Shown here piece by piece: positions 19,338 through 29,011 of a DNA stretch of 46,473 nt. Each line of letters begins with the position of its first letter. Position 1 is the stretch's first letter. The notes beneath the pieces were generated by a model. That model was not told the DNA's origin. It worked only from the letters and a program-made list of their open reading frames with translations, and ran no database searches. The position numbers and the translations under genes are program-made. This DNA is from a virus (lineage: Duplodnaviria > Heunggongvirae > Uroviricota > Caudoviricetes). Where the stretch lies: the IMG/VR virus record IMGVR_UViG_2563366824_000001. One strand, written 5' to 3'.

Positions 19338-19568
19338 ATGAAAAAAATAATAGTTTTTTTTAACTCTGAACCAGCAATGGTAGTGCCAGTGATGACCGGA
19401 GTTAACACCATCATGCGTGAATATCCAAATGGCGAAACAACACACCTCACTGTAATGGCTGCAGGGTTTCCATCTCTGACCGGAGATCATAAAGTCATTT
19501 ATGTAGCAGCGGATCGACATGTAACTTCAGAAGAAATTCTGGAAGCAGCAATGAGACTCTTGAATTGA
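19338..19568 (+). CDS. Hypothetical small protein
   Basis: 76 aa from MKKIIVFFNSEP...; no SD-like purine tract recognised upstream; the six-frame ORF starts 13 codons earlier. Confidence 0.45.
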   Translation: MKKIIVFFNSEPAMVVPVMTGVNTIMREYPNGETTHLTVMAAGFPSLTGDHKVIYVAADRHVTSEEILEAAMRLLN

Positions 19569-19737
19569 TTTGATTCTAATGCATTGATAATAAATGATAA
19601 TCATCTTTATCTGTTTGTGTGAAATTTAGACCGTCGTATGTTGATTATTGCGATGTTTCATCTTATCTTTTATACGTTTGCTCCATATAATTGACACTAC
19701 TGTGTACCAGGAAAGTCATAACAGACTAAAAGAGGAA

Positions 19738-19914
19738 ATGATGAACATTGAAGAGTTAAAAACAAAAACAGAAGCAGATATTTCTGAATATATAACAAAA
19801 AAAATCATTGAGCTTAAGAAAAAGACCGGGAAAGAAGTTACCAGTATCCAGTTTACTGCACGGGAAAAAATGACTGGTCTTGAAAGCTATGATATCAAGA
19901 TTGATTTAATCTAG
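19738..19914 (+). CDS. gnsB: GnsA/GnsB-family protein
   Basis: MMNIEELKTKTEADISEYITKKIIELKKKTGKEVTSIQFTAREKMTGLESYDIKIDLI matches GnsA/B as I remember it; SD aagagga before the ATG. Confidence 0.75.
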   Translation: MMNIEELKTKTEADISEYITKKIIELKKKTGKEVTSIQFTAREKMTGLESYDIKIDLI

Positions 19915-20033
19915 TATGTTTATAGTATTAGCATCAATTTCTCATCAGATGCTATTCAACAATACAAATTACCCATAAACCTCGTTTTTACGGGGTTTTG
20001 TTATATTTAAACATTACCGAATAGATATAAATC

Positions 20034-20068
20034 TCGATTGTCGATTGTCGATTGTCGATTGTCGATGG
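20034..20068. repeat. Heptanucleotide tandem repeat (TCGATTG) x 4 plus one degenerate copy
   Basis: Seen directly: tcgattg tcgattg tcgattg tcgattg tcgatgg. Confidence 0.9.
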
Positions 20069-20230
20069 TATTGGTTGTGTGATAATACCTAGTCTTTCCG
20101 GTATGCCTGAAGAGAATACAAACGACAGATTATGTAAGGGAAACGCGCTGAAACTTTCACTCTTTCATGCTGAGTGATTTGACGTTATATTTTTAGCCGC
20201 AAGTGAAGAGCAAACGCATGGAGCGACAAA

Positions 20231-20437
20231 ATGAATAAAGATCAATACACTGATGCCCCCTCCCAGGAGCAGGTTCGTGTAAAAACTATGCTTAATAGCA
20301 CCATTTCGATGGGTTACCCGGATGTTGTAATTGCATGTATAGAACATCAAGTATCTCTGGAAGCATTCAGGGCAATTGAGGCCGCGTTAGTAAAGCACGA
20401 TAAGAATACGAAGGATTATTCCCTGGTGGTTGACTGA
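20231..20437 (+). CDS. Hypothetical small protein
   Basis: 68-aa ORF with a weak SD; function unknown. Confidence 0.4.
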   Translation: MNKDQYTDAPSQEQVRVKTMLNSTISMGYPDVVIACIEHQVSLEAFRAIEAALVKHDKNTKDYSLVVD

Positions 20438-20803
20438 TCACCATAACTGCTAACCATTCTGACCATTTCACAAGTGACAGAGTCAATATCGTATTCTGTC
20501 ACTGTCAGGCTAATACAGTACTGCAATTCAACTACAGCAATGCCTCGTATTTAGGTGAATTTACAATATCGTCCAGTTCGGATGCCGGCTGCATTTCTGA
20601 AGATAAGGCATTTCGGTTCGCGTATTTTCCCCTCATGCTCGTCAGTCCTGCGCGTAGTAAGAAACAGGACACTCACACTAATTTGTGTGGGCATGCTGTG
20701 ATGTCCTTCTGAATTATCCCCACGCCATTATGTAAAGCTCTGTTTCAGATGCTCGTCACGGTTGTCAGGCTGTCGGGTCCTCCCTGTGGGGGGCCCTGCC
20801 ACG

Positions 20804-20815
20804 GGGCGGGAGCGT
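20804..20815. other. Candidate cosN cohesive-end site (GGGCGGGAGCGT) within a lambda-like cos region
   Basis: acggggcgggagcgtcgcgg aligns with the lambda cos sequence ACGGGGCGGCGACCTCGCGGG (from memory); lies about 180 bp upstream of the terminase small subunit. Confidence 0.45.
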
Positions 20816-20986
20816 CGCGGAAAAAGACTAGTTTTTGCATTTCCATGGCGGCGGCAGCATGTTTGGTAATTTATTGATAATTAAAAGTTATTTCTCTTTT
20901 CACCTGTACAATATTTTTTCTCCCTGTCATTAGACCAGTTTGCAATTAATTGAAATATATAAATAAACCTGATTTTCACCTGCCAG

Positions 20987-21526
20987 ATGGAGTTGCTTAT
21001 GTCAAATGTGAGCGGGATCGGTGATGCTTATTACTGGAGTGTTTTTAAAATCGCCGAGGCCTTTGGGCTTCACCGGGACACAGTAAAAAAACGGCTCCTC
21101 GCGGCCAACACTCCTGTGGCTGCGACTGTCAGGGGGAACCCCGTTTACGCCCTGCAGCATGTCGGGCCCGCCCTGTTTAGTGTGAAGCATGAGGCAGCAG
21201 ACTCTGTTCATGATCCATCCCGTATGGAGCCGAAAGAGAGAAAGGACTGGTACCAGTCTGAAAATGAAAGGATCAAGCTGGAAAAGGAGCAGCGAAAACT
21301 CATCCCAGTTGATGAAGTAGTCATCGTCTATTCGTCCATGAGAAAGGCTGTCGTCCAGGTTCTGGAGACAATTCCGGATGTTCTTGAACGCGATTGCGCC
21401 CTGACTCCTCAGGCCGTCGGCGTTGTACAGCAGGCCATTGATGACCTGCGATACACTCTTCAGGAAAAATCCTACGAGGCTTGTGCTGCTGAATTAATTC
21501 CTGATGAGGAAGGAGAGAGTCTCTAG
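20987..21526 (+). CDS. Terminase small subunit (lambda Nu1-like)
   Basis: 179 aa immediately upstream of the large terminase; N-terminal HTH-like region (FKIAEAFGLHRDTVKKRL). Confidence 0.7.
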   Translation: MELLMSNVSGIGDAYYWSVFKIAEAFGLHRDTVKKRLLAANTPVAATVRGNPVYALQHVGPALFSVKHEAADSVHDPSRMEPKERKDWYQSENERIKLEKEQRKLIPVDEVVIVYSSMRKAVVQVLETIPDVLERDCALTPQAVGVVQQAIDDLRYTLQEKSYEACAAELIPDEEGESL

Positions 21527-21534
21527 GAGGAATA

Positions 21535-23634
21535 ATGGGTTTTTCATCAGCCCGAAATTTGGGAAGGGACATATCGGCAGGATTTTCCCCACCACGTCGC
21601 ATGCCGATTTCGGAGGCTGTTAAAAAATTCATGCGTGTTCCCAAGGGGGCTGGTAACTCGGTGCCATGGGATCCTGAACTGACACCCTACATCATTGAGC
21701 CCATGAACTGCCTGGCATCGCGTGAATACGATGCGGTGATTTTTGTTGGTCCTGCGCGAACAGGGAAGACCATTGGTCTGATCGATGGATGGATTGTCTA
21801 TACCATCGTTTGCGATCCTTCGGACATGCTCGTTGTGCAGATGACCGAAGATAAGGCCCGCGAGCATTCTAAAAAGCGCCTCGACAGAACGTTCAGAAGC
21901 AGTGCGGCGGTAAAGAAAAGAATGAGTCCACGTCGTAACGACAATAATGTCCATGATAAGACGTTCAGGGATGGCTCGTTCCTTAAAATTGGTTGGCCCT
22001 CGGTCAACATTATGTCGTCGTCGGATTACCGGTTTGTCGCCTTAACCGATTACGACCGTTTTCCGGAGAATATCGACAGCGAGGGTGATGGTTTCTCCCT
22101 GGCCTCAAAACGTACCACCACATTTATGTCCGCCGGGATGACTCTGGTGGAGAGCTCGCCGGGACGTGACATCTGCGACAGCAAATGGCGACGTAAGTCG
22201 CCTCATGAAGCGCCACCGACGACTGGTATTCTTTCCCTTTACAATCGTGGTGACCGCCGCCGCTGGTACTGGCCATGTCCGCACTGCGGTGAATATTTTC
22301 AGCCAGCTATGGATGCCATGACCGGCTACCGTAATGAACCGGATCCCTTTAAAGCCAGTGAGGCGGCGTATCTACTTTGCCCGCACTGCAGCGGCATTAT
22401 CACTGCGGAGAAAAAGCGTGAGCTCAATAGTGCAGGAGTCTGGTTGCGTGAAGGTCAGGTCATTGATCGTAACGGCAACGTTTCCGGTGAACCGCGCCGC
22501 TCCCGTATCGCCAGTTTCTGGATGGAAGGGCCAGCTGCTGCGTATCAGACCTGGGCGCAACTGGTTTACAAATTACTGACTGCAGAACAGGAGTATGAAG
22601 CGACAGGAAGCGAAGAAACACTCAGGGCGGTTATCAACACCGACTGGGGATTGCCTTATCTTCCTCGTGCCAGCATGGAGCAACGAAAAAGTGAACTGCT
22701 TGAGCAGCGGGCAGAGCCAGTTCCTTCCCGCAGTGTTCCGGATGGCGTTAATTTCCTTGTGGCGACAGTGGATGTGCAGGCGGGACGTCATCGCCGTTTT
22801 GTGGTTCAGGTAACGGGCTATGGCAGCCGTGGCGAACGCTGGATTATTGATCGTTACAACATCACGCAGTCATTGCGCAGTGACTGCGACGGGGAGAGCC
22901 AGCGAATTGATCCGGCCAGCTATCCGGAAGACTGGGATGTCCTGCTGACGGATGTTTTTCATAAAAGCTGGCCGCTGGCCTCCGATCCTTCTCAACAAAT
23001 GCGACTGATGGCAATGGCGGTGGACTCCGGCGGTGAAGACGGGGTCACTGATAATGCCTATAAATTCTGGCGTCGTTGCCGTCGTGATGGCCTTGGTAAA
23101 CGTATTTACCTGTTTAAGGGCGACAGCATCCGGCGCGCAAAACTGATCAGCCGTACATTCCCTGATAACACCGGACGAACGGGCCGCCGGGCGCAGGCCG
23201 CAGGTGATGTGCCGCTCTGGCTTCTTCAGACGGATGCCCTGAAAGACCGGGTGAATAACGCGTTATGGCGTGACTCGCCAGGTCCAGGCTATGTGCATTT
23301 CCCTGACTGGCTGGGGAGCTGGTTTTACGACGAACTGACGTATGAAGAGCGGAGCAGTGACGGGAAATGGAGTAAGCCGGGTCGCGGTGCCAACGAAGCT
23401 TTTGACCTGATGGTGTATGCCGAGGCGCTGGTCATTCTGCATGGATACGAAAAGATCCGCTGGCCGGATGCACCGGAGTGGGCGAGCCGGGAAACCTGGC
23501 TGGAGTGTGTCCCGGACAGTACCGAACCGTCACCCTCACCGGAACCGGTACCCACGCCTGTTAAAAAACAAAAACGGAAGAAAACAGTAACTGACGATGT
23601 TAACCCCTGGCTGACTTCCGGAGGATGGTTATGA
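21535..23634 (+). CDS. A: Terminase large subunit (lambda gpA family)
   Basis: 699 aa; SD ggagg; Walker A GPARTGKT; size and position as lambda A. Confidence 0.9.
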   Translation: MGFSSARNLGRDISAGFSPPRRMPISEAVKKFMRVPKGAGNSVPWDPELTPYIIEPMNCLASREYDAVIFVGPARTGKTIGLIDGWIVYTIVCDPSDMLVVQMTEDKAREHSKKRLDRTFRSSAAVKKRMSPRRNDNNVHDKTFRDGSFLKIGWPSVNIMSSSDYRFVALTDYDRFPENIDSEGDGFSLASKRTTTFMSAGMTLVESSPGRDICDSKWRRKSPHEAPPTTGILSLYNRGDRRRWYWPCPHCGEYFQPAMDAMTGYRNEPDPFKASEAAYLLCPHCSGIITAEKKRELNSAGVWLREGQVIDRNGNVSGEPRRSRIASFWMEGPAAAYQTWAQLVYKLLTAEQEYEATGSEETLRAVINTDWGLPYLPRASMEQRKSELLEQRAEPVPSRSVPDGVNFLVATVDVQAGRHRRFVVQVTGYGSRGERWIIDRYNITQSLRSDCDGESQRIDPASYPEDWDVLLTDVFHKSWPLASDPSQQMRLMAMAVDSGGEDGVTDNAYKFWRRCRRDGLGKRIYLFKGDSIRRAKLISRTFPDNTGRTGRRAQAAGDVPLWLLQTDALKDRVNNALWRDSPGPGYVHFPDWLGSWFYDELTYEERSSDGKWSKPGRGANEAFDLMVYAEALVILHGYEKIRWPDAPEWASRETWLECVPDSTEPSPSPEPVPTPVKKQKRKKTVTDDVNPWLTSGGWL

Positions 23635-23843
23635 ATCAGAATGATATTGAAGCCATGATTCAGCGTTATACGGAAGCTGAAATGGCGGTGCTGGACGGAA
23701 AATCCGTCACTTTTAATGGTCAGCAGATGACCATGGAAAACTTATCTGAGATCCGGCAGGGACGGCAGGAGTGGGAGCGCCGCCTTGCGGCTCTGATTAC
23801 ACGACGACGGGGGCATCCCGGGTACCGGCTGGCGAGGTTCTGA
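23631..23843 (+). CDS. W: Head-tail joining protein gpW-like
   Basis: About 70 aa; ATGA overlap with the terminase stop; position and size as lambda W. Confidence 0.7.
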   Translation: MNQNDIEAMIQRYTEAEMAVLDGKSVTFNGQQMTMENLSEIRQGRQEWERRLAALITRRRGHPGYRLARF

Positions 23844-25351
23844 TGGCAATTCTTGATGATGTGATTGGCGTTTTTTCACCAGGATGGAAAGCGGCAAGGC
23901 TGCGTTCCCGTGCGGTGATCCAGGCTTATGAGGCCGTAAAAACGACGCGGACACACAAAGCCCGGCGGGAAAACCGAACTGCCGACCAGTTAAGCCAGTA
24001 CGGGGCCGTGTCGTTACGTGAGCAGGCCCGTTACCTTGATAACAACCACGATCTGGTTATTGGTGTATTTGACAAGCTGGAAGAACGGGTGGTGGGGAAA
24101 AACGGGATTATTGTCGAGCCACATCCGGTATTACGCAATGGGGCCATTGCCCGTGATCTGGCAGCGGAGATTCGCACCCGATGGAGTGAATGGTCTGTCA
24201 GCCCGGAAGTCACCGGGCAGTTTACCCGTCCGATGCTGGAACGTCTGATGCTGCGTACCTGGCTGCGCGATGGTGAGGTGTTTGCCCAGATGGTTTCCGG
24301 GCGCATAAACAGCCTGACGCCTTCTGCCGGTGTTCATTTCTGGCTGGAGGCGCTCGAGCCAGACTTTATTCCCATGACCAGTGATGAGAGCAACAGGCTG
24401 AATCAGGGCGTGTTTGTTGATGACTGGGGGCGTCCCGAAAAATATCTGGTGTATAAAAGCCGTCCCGTATCCGGACGGCAGATGGAAACCAAAGAAGTGG
24501 ATGCAGAGCGAATGCTGCATCTTAAATTTGTTCGCCGTCTGCACCAGATGCGCGGGACGTCTTTGTTGTCCGGTGTGCTGATCCGCCTCAGTGCCCTGAA
24601 AGAGTATGAAGATTCTGAGCTGACTGCAGCAAGGATCGCCGCTGCTCTGGGGATGTACATCCGCAAAGGCGACGGGCAGAGCTATGAACCGGATGGTAAT
24701 GGCAGCAAGGATAAGGAACGCGAGCTTACCATTCAGCCAGGCATTATTTACGACGATCTGAAACCCGGCGAAGAAATTGGAATGGTGAAGTCGGATCGCC
24801 CCAATCCTAATCTTGAAACTTTTCGTAATGGTCAGTTGCGTGCAGTGGCGGCTGGCAGTCGTCTGAGTTTTTCCAGTACAGCGCGCAACTATAACGGCAC
24901 TTACAGCGCCCAGCGTCAGGAGCTGGTTGAGTCTACTGATGGCTACCTGATCCTGCAGGACTGGTTTATTGGTGCCGTCACCCGCCCGATGTATCGTGCA
25001 TGGCTGAAACAGGCTGTGGCATCCGGTGTTATCAGGTTACCCCGCGATCTTGACCGTTCTTCACTGTATACCGCGGTGTATTCCGGACCAGTGATGCCGT
25101 GGATTGACCCTGTTAAGGAGGCTGAGGCCTGGAAAATCCAGATTCGTGGTGGAGCGGCGACAGAATCAGACTGGGTACGTGCTGGTGGTCGTAATCCGGA
25201 TGATGTCAAACGTCGGCGCAAGGCCGAAATTGATGAAAACCGCAAGCTGGATCTGGTATTTGATACCGATCCGGCCAGTGATAAAGGAGGCAGCAGTGCC
25301 GCAACGAAACGACAGGAGCCGCAGCACACCGACGACCAGTCCGAAGAATAA
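23843..25351 (+). CDS. B: Portal protein (lambda gpB family)
   Basis: About 502 aa from MAILDDV...; start overlaps the W stop (TGATG); position between W and the head protease. Confidence 0.85.
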   Translation: MAILDDVIGVFSPGWKAARLRSRAVIQAYEAVKTTRTHKARRENRTADQLSQYGAVSLREQARYLDNNHDLVIGVFDKLEERVVGKNGIIVEPHPVLRNGAIARDLAAEIRTRWSEWSVSPEVTGQFTRPMLERLMLRTWLRDGEVFAQMVSGRINSLTPSAGVHFWLEALEPDFIPMTSDESNRLNQGVFVDDWGRPEKYLVYKSRPVSGRQMETKEVDAERMLHLKFVRRLHQMRGTSLLSGVLIRLSALKEYEDSELTAARIAAALGMYIRKGDGQSYEPDGNGSKDKERELTIQPGIIYDDLKPGEEIGMVKSDRPNPNLETFRNGQLRAVAAGSRLSFSSTARNYNGTYSAQRQELVESTDGYLILQDWFIGAVTRPMYRAWLKQAVASGVIRLPRDLDRSSLYTAVYSGPVMPWIDPVKEAEAWKIQIRGGAATESDWVRAGGRNPDDVKRRRKAEIDENRKLDLVFDTDPASDKGGSSAATKRQEPQHTDDQSEE

Positions 25352-25364
25352 TTCCTGGTTCAGG

Positions 25365-27323
25365 ATGCAGGCTGGTCACCAGAGTGACGCGGATATTTAT
25401 ATTTATGACGAGATTGGTTTCTGGGGTGTTACAGCGAAGCAGTTTATCAGTGATCTGAATGCACTGGGCGATATCACCCACATTAATCTCCATATTAATT
25501 CACCGGGTGGCGATGTCTTTGAAGGCATCGCCATTTTTAATGCGCTGAAAACACATGGTGCGTCCATTACCGTTTATGTCGACGGTATGGCGGCGTCAAT
25601 GGCGTCGGTCATTGCGATGGTGGGAAACCCGGTCATTATGCCGGAAAACACCTTCATGATGATTCATAAACCATTTGGCTTTACGGGCGGTAATGCGGAG
25701 GACATGCGCACCTATGCCGACCTGCTCGATAAAGTTGAGGCGGTTCTGTTACCCGCTTATGCACAGAAAACCGGGAAAACCACCGATGAAATTGCTGCCA
25801 TGCTGGCGGATGAGACCTGGATGTCCGGTGCCGAATGTCTGGCACATGGATTTGCTGATCAGGTAACGCCAGCCGTTAAGGCAATGGCATGTATTCAGTC
25901 AAAACGTACAGAGGAATTTAAAAAGATGCCGGAATCCATTCGAAACATGATTACTCCGCCACGCAACAGTGCTCCACGCGTACAGGATGATGAACCTGCA
26001 GCCTCCCGGACGCCAGTGCAGGCAGCAGCACCCGTGGTGGATGAAAACAGCATCCGTGCGCAGGTCCTGGCAGAGCAAAAAGCGCGTGTAAACGGTATTA
26101 ATGATCTGTTTGCCATGTTTGGCGGGCGTTATCAGTCGCTGCAGGCTCAGTGTCTTGCCGATCCTGAATGTTCGCTGGAGCAGGCCCGCGAAAAGCTGTT
26201 GAACGAGATGGGGCGCGAGTCCACGCCATCCAATAAAAATACCCCGGCTCATATTTATGCCGGTAACGGTAATTTTGTGGGGGACGGGATCCGCCAGGCG
26301 CTGATGGCGCGTGCCGGATTTGAAAAAACCGAACGTGATAATGTCTACAACGGGATGACCCTGCGTGAATATGCCCGTATGTCACTGACTGAACGGGGTA
26401 TTGGGGTTTCCAGTTATAACCCGATGCAGATGGTCGGTGCGGCGTTCACACACAGTACGTCTGACTTCGGTAATATTCTGCTGGATGTTGCGAACAAAGC
26501 CATTCTGCAGGGCTGGGAAGATGCCCCTGAAACCTATGAACAGTGGACGCGGAAAGGTCAGTTGTCTGATTTTAAAATTGCCCATCGTGTGGGTATGGGG
26601 GGCTTCAGTGCTCTGCGTCAGGTGCGTGAAGGGGCGGAATATAAATACGTCACCACCGGAGATAAACAGGCCACTATTGCACTGGCGACCTATGGCGAGC
26701 TGTTCAGTATCACCCGTCAGGCCATTATCAATGATGATCTGAATATGCTGACCGATGTCCCGATGAAACTGGGCCGTGCGGCGAAATCCACTATTGCCGA
26801 TCTGGTTTATGCCATTCTGACGTCTAACCCGAAAATCTCCACAGATAATGTAAATCTGTTCGATAAAGCGAAACATGCAAACGTACTGGAGAGCGCTGCA
26901 ATGGACGTGGCATCGCTGGATAAAGCCCGCCAGTTGATGCGCGTTCAGAAAGAGGGGGAGCGTCATCTGAATATTCGTCCTGCGTTCGTACTGGTACCGA
27001 CGGCGATGGAGTCTGTTGCTAACCAGGTCATTCGCTCCTCAAGTGTCAAGGGGGCTGACATTAACGCCGGTATTATTAACCCGGTGAAAGATTTTGCGAC
27101 CGTTATTGCAGAGCCTCGTCTTGATGATAACAGCCAGACCACCTTCTACCTGGCTGCGTCAAAAGGCTCCGATACGATTGAAGTGGCTTATCTCAACGGT
27201 GTGGATACGCCATATATTGATCAGATGGAGGGCTTCAGTGTGGATGGCGTGACAACGAAAGTGCGTATTGACGCCGGTGTCGCGCCAGTTGATCACCGCG
27301 GTCTGGTGAAATGTACGGCGTAA
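25365..27323 (+). CDS. Fused prohead protease (ClpP/S14-like) - scaffold - major capsid protein
   Basis: N-terminal ClpP-like region (IYIYDEIGFWGV ... INSPGGDVFEGIAIFNALK ... MMIHKP), Ala/Gln-rich linker, C-terminal capsid-like domain; single uninterrupted ORF; start at 25365 is tentative. Confidence 0.8.
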   Translation: MQAGHQSDADIYIYDEIGFWGVTAKQFISDLNALGDITHINLHINSPGGDVFEGIAIFNALKTHGASITVYVDGMAASMASVIAMVGNPVIMPENTFMMIHKPFGFTGGNAEDMRTYADLLDKVEAVLLPAYAQKTGKTTDEIAAMLADETWMSGAECLAHGFADQVTPAVKAMACIQSKRTEEFKKMPESIRNMITPPRNSAPRVQDDEPAASRTPVQAAAPVVDENSIRAQVLAEQKARVNGINDLFAMFGGRYQSLQAQCLADPECSLEQAREKLLNEMGRESTPSNKNTPAHIYAGNGNFVGDGIRQALMARAGFEKTERDNVYNGMTLREYARMSLTERGIGVSSYNPMQMVGAAFTHSTSDFGNILLDVANKAILQGWEDAPETYEQWTRKGQLSDFKIAHRVGMGGFSALRQVREGAEYKYVTTGDKQATIALATYGELFSITRQAIINDDLNMLTDVPMKLGRAAKSTIADLVYAILTSNPKISTDNVNLFDKAKHANVLESAAMDVASLDKARQLMRVQKEGERHLNIRPAFVLVPTAMESVANQVIRSSSVKGADINAGIINPVKDFATVIAEPRLDDNSQTTFYLAASKGSDTIEVAYLNGVDTPYIDQMEGFSVDGVTTKVRIDAGVAPVDHRGLVKCTA

Positions 27324-27345
27324 ACGTCGCAGACAACAACTCTGA

Positions 27346-27367
27346 TGGCCCGTAAGGGCTTTTTTTG
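27346..27367 (+). terminator. Weak terminator-like hairpin after the capsid gene
   Basis: ggccc-gtaa-gggct followed by a 7-T run; short stem, so probably partial. Confidence 0.4.
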
Positions 27368-27409
27368 TACCTGAAATCAGCCCCTGAACGGGGCTGTGCG
27401 GAGACAGTT

Positions 27410-27733
27410 ATGGCAAAGAATTTTGTAGAAGAAGGAAAAACGGTGGCGATTGTTGCCAGTGCAGCCATCAGCAGCGGAGATCTGGTGCAGGTGGGTGATG
27501 TTTTTGCGGTGGCGCTGACCGATATTCCACAGGGTGAAACAGGCGACGGCATGACCGAAGGTGTGTTTATGCTGCCTAAGCTGAAAACGGATGACATGAA
27601 AACGGGTAAGAAGGTTTATCTGAAGTCCGGAAAAGTTCAGCTGACTAACAGCGGCTCTGATCCGCTGGTCGGGGTTGTCTGGGCAGATGCCGGAACCAGT
27701 GCAGAAGAAGTGCCGGTAAAACTCAATGTCTGA
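27410..27733 (+). CDS. Putative head-associated (decoration-like) protein
   Basis: 107 aa with SD ggaga 4-8 nt before the ATG; position immediately after the capsid gene. Confidence 0.45.
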   Translation: MAKNFVEEGKTVAIVASAAISSGDLVQVGDVFAVALTDIPQGETGDGMTEGVFMLPKLKTDDMKTGKKVYLKSGKVQLTNSGSDPLVGVVWADAGTSAEEVPVKLNV

Positions 27734-28001
27734 TCCCTTTTCCCGGCTGGTAGCGCGTATGGATGCGATCACGGTCAGAAAGATGGGAAAGACAGCCTCG
27801 ATTAATGATGTCGATATAACTGTGATCCCGGGAGAAACACTGGCAGAGCTGAATGCTCTGTCCGGACCTGCGGTCTCTCTGGTGGTGTTTTCTTCGGGAT
27901 ACCGCCCACGGCGCGGGGATCGCGTTGTTTATGACGGACAACAATGGACGGTCACACGGCATGAACGCTTTAACGGTAAGCCAATGATCTTTATTGAGTA
28001 A
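27726..28001 (+). CDS. Head-tail joining protein (lambda FII-like)
   Basis: 91 aa; RRGDRVVYDGQQWTVTRHE resembles the lambda FII C-terminal RGD..W.V pattern (from memory). Confidence 0.5.
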   Translation: MSDPFSRLVARMDAITVRKMGKTASINDVDITVIPGETLAELNALSGPAVSLVVFSSGYRPRRGDRVVYDGQQWTVTRHERFNGKPMIFIE

Positions 28002-28012
28002 AGAGGTATGGG

Positions 28013-28603
28013 ATGAAGGGGCTTGAGAATGCCATCCGCAATCTGAACAGCCTTGATACCCGTATGGTGCCACAGGCCAGCGCATGGGCGATAAACCGTG
28101 TGGCACAGAAAGCGGTCTCGGTTGCCACCCGGCAGGTTGCCGGGAATACCGTTGCGGGAGATAACCAGGTGAAAGGGATCCCCCTGAAACTGGTACGTCA
28201 GCGTGTCCGGGTGTTTAAAGCCAGTCCGTCAGGAAAAATGACGGCCAGGATCCGCGTTAACCGGGGCAATCTGCCCGCCATCAAACTGAACACAACACGG
28301 CGGCGTGCTGGTGAAGGACTGAGAGTGGGAAAATACTTTTTCCGGGGGGCATTTGTTCAGCAACTGGCGAATGGCCGCTGGCATGTTCTGAGGCGTCTTC
28401 CTGAAGCGCGTTTTGCAACAGGGCATGACCATCAGGGCAGGCCAAGAAAAAATCGTCTTCCTGTGGAGGTAGTGAAAATCCCGCTGTCCGGACCGCTGAC
28501 ACAGGCATTTGAAGATGCCCGCGACCGCATCATTGCTGCGGAAATGCCGAAACAGCTGGGGTATGCACTGAAACAACAACTGAGGTTATGGCTGACCCGA
28601 TGA
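28013..28603 (+). CDS. Z: Minor tail protein Z
   Basis: 196 aa; NRGNLPAIKL ... GAFVQQLANGRWHVLRR ... VVKIPLSGPLTQAF ... LGYALKQQLRL is collinear with lambda Z as I remember it. Confidence 0.8.
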   Translation: MKGLENAIRNLNSLDTRMVPQASAWAINRVAQKAVSVATRQVAGNTVAGDNQVKGIPLKLVRQRVRVFKASPSGKMTARIRVNRGNLPAIKLNTTRRRAGEGLRVGKYFFRGAFVQQLANGRWHVLRRLPEARFATGHDHQGRPRKNRLPVEVVKIPLSGPLTQAFEDARDRIIAAEMPKQLGYALKQQLRLWLTR

Positions 28604-29001
28604 ACCGACATACACAAATCCGCCAGGTCGTACTGGCACGCCTTCGGGAACAGTGTGGAGACAGCGCCACGTTTTTTGACGGGCTTCCGGCATTTGTTGA
28701 TGCGCAGGAACTGCCTGCCGTGGCGGTGTGGCTGAGTGATGCTCAGTACACCGGAAAAATGACGGATGAAGATGACTGGCAGGCTGTTCTGCATATTGCT
28801 GTCTTCATCCGGGCACAGGCACCGGATTCAGAGCTGGATATGTGGATGGAGAGCACCATTTTCCCGGCCCTGAATGATGTACCGGCACTTTCCGGACTCA
28901 TCGACACCCTGATCCCACTCGGTTTTAACTATCAACGTGATAATGAGATGGCCACCTGGGCGATGGCGGAAATCACGTACCAGATCACGTACACGAATTA
29001 A
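28588..29001 (+). CDS. U: Minor tail protein U (tail terminator)
   Basis: 137 aa; ATFFDG.PA..D..ELPAVAVWLSDAQYTG ... PDSELDMWMES ... ALS.LI matches lambda U. Confidence 0.85.
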   Translation: MADPMNRHTQIRQVVLARLREQCGDSATFFDGLPAFVDAQELPAVAVWLSDAQYTGKMTDEDDWQAVLHIAVFIRAQAPDSELDMWMESTIFPALNDVPALSGLIDTLIPLGFNYQRDNEMATWAMAEITYQITYTN

Positions 29002-29011
29002 GGAGGTGGCA

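Noticed and set aside
19681-19720. Adjacent perfect TATAAT (19686..19691) and TTGACA (19691..19696) hexamers upstream of gnsB
   Set aside because: The hexamers are in the wrong relative order and spacing to form a single sigma70 promoter on the + strand; probably a chance occurrence in AT-rich sequence, although a gnsB promoter is likely somewhere in this region.
25104-25364. N-terminal 87-codon extension of the protease-capsid ORF overlapping the portal gene
   Set aside because: Overlaps the portal 3' end in another frame; translation is not protein-like (MTLLRRLRPGKSRF...); start placed at the first ATG after the portal stop, although the true start remains uncertain.
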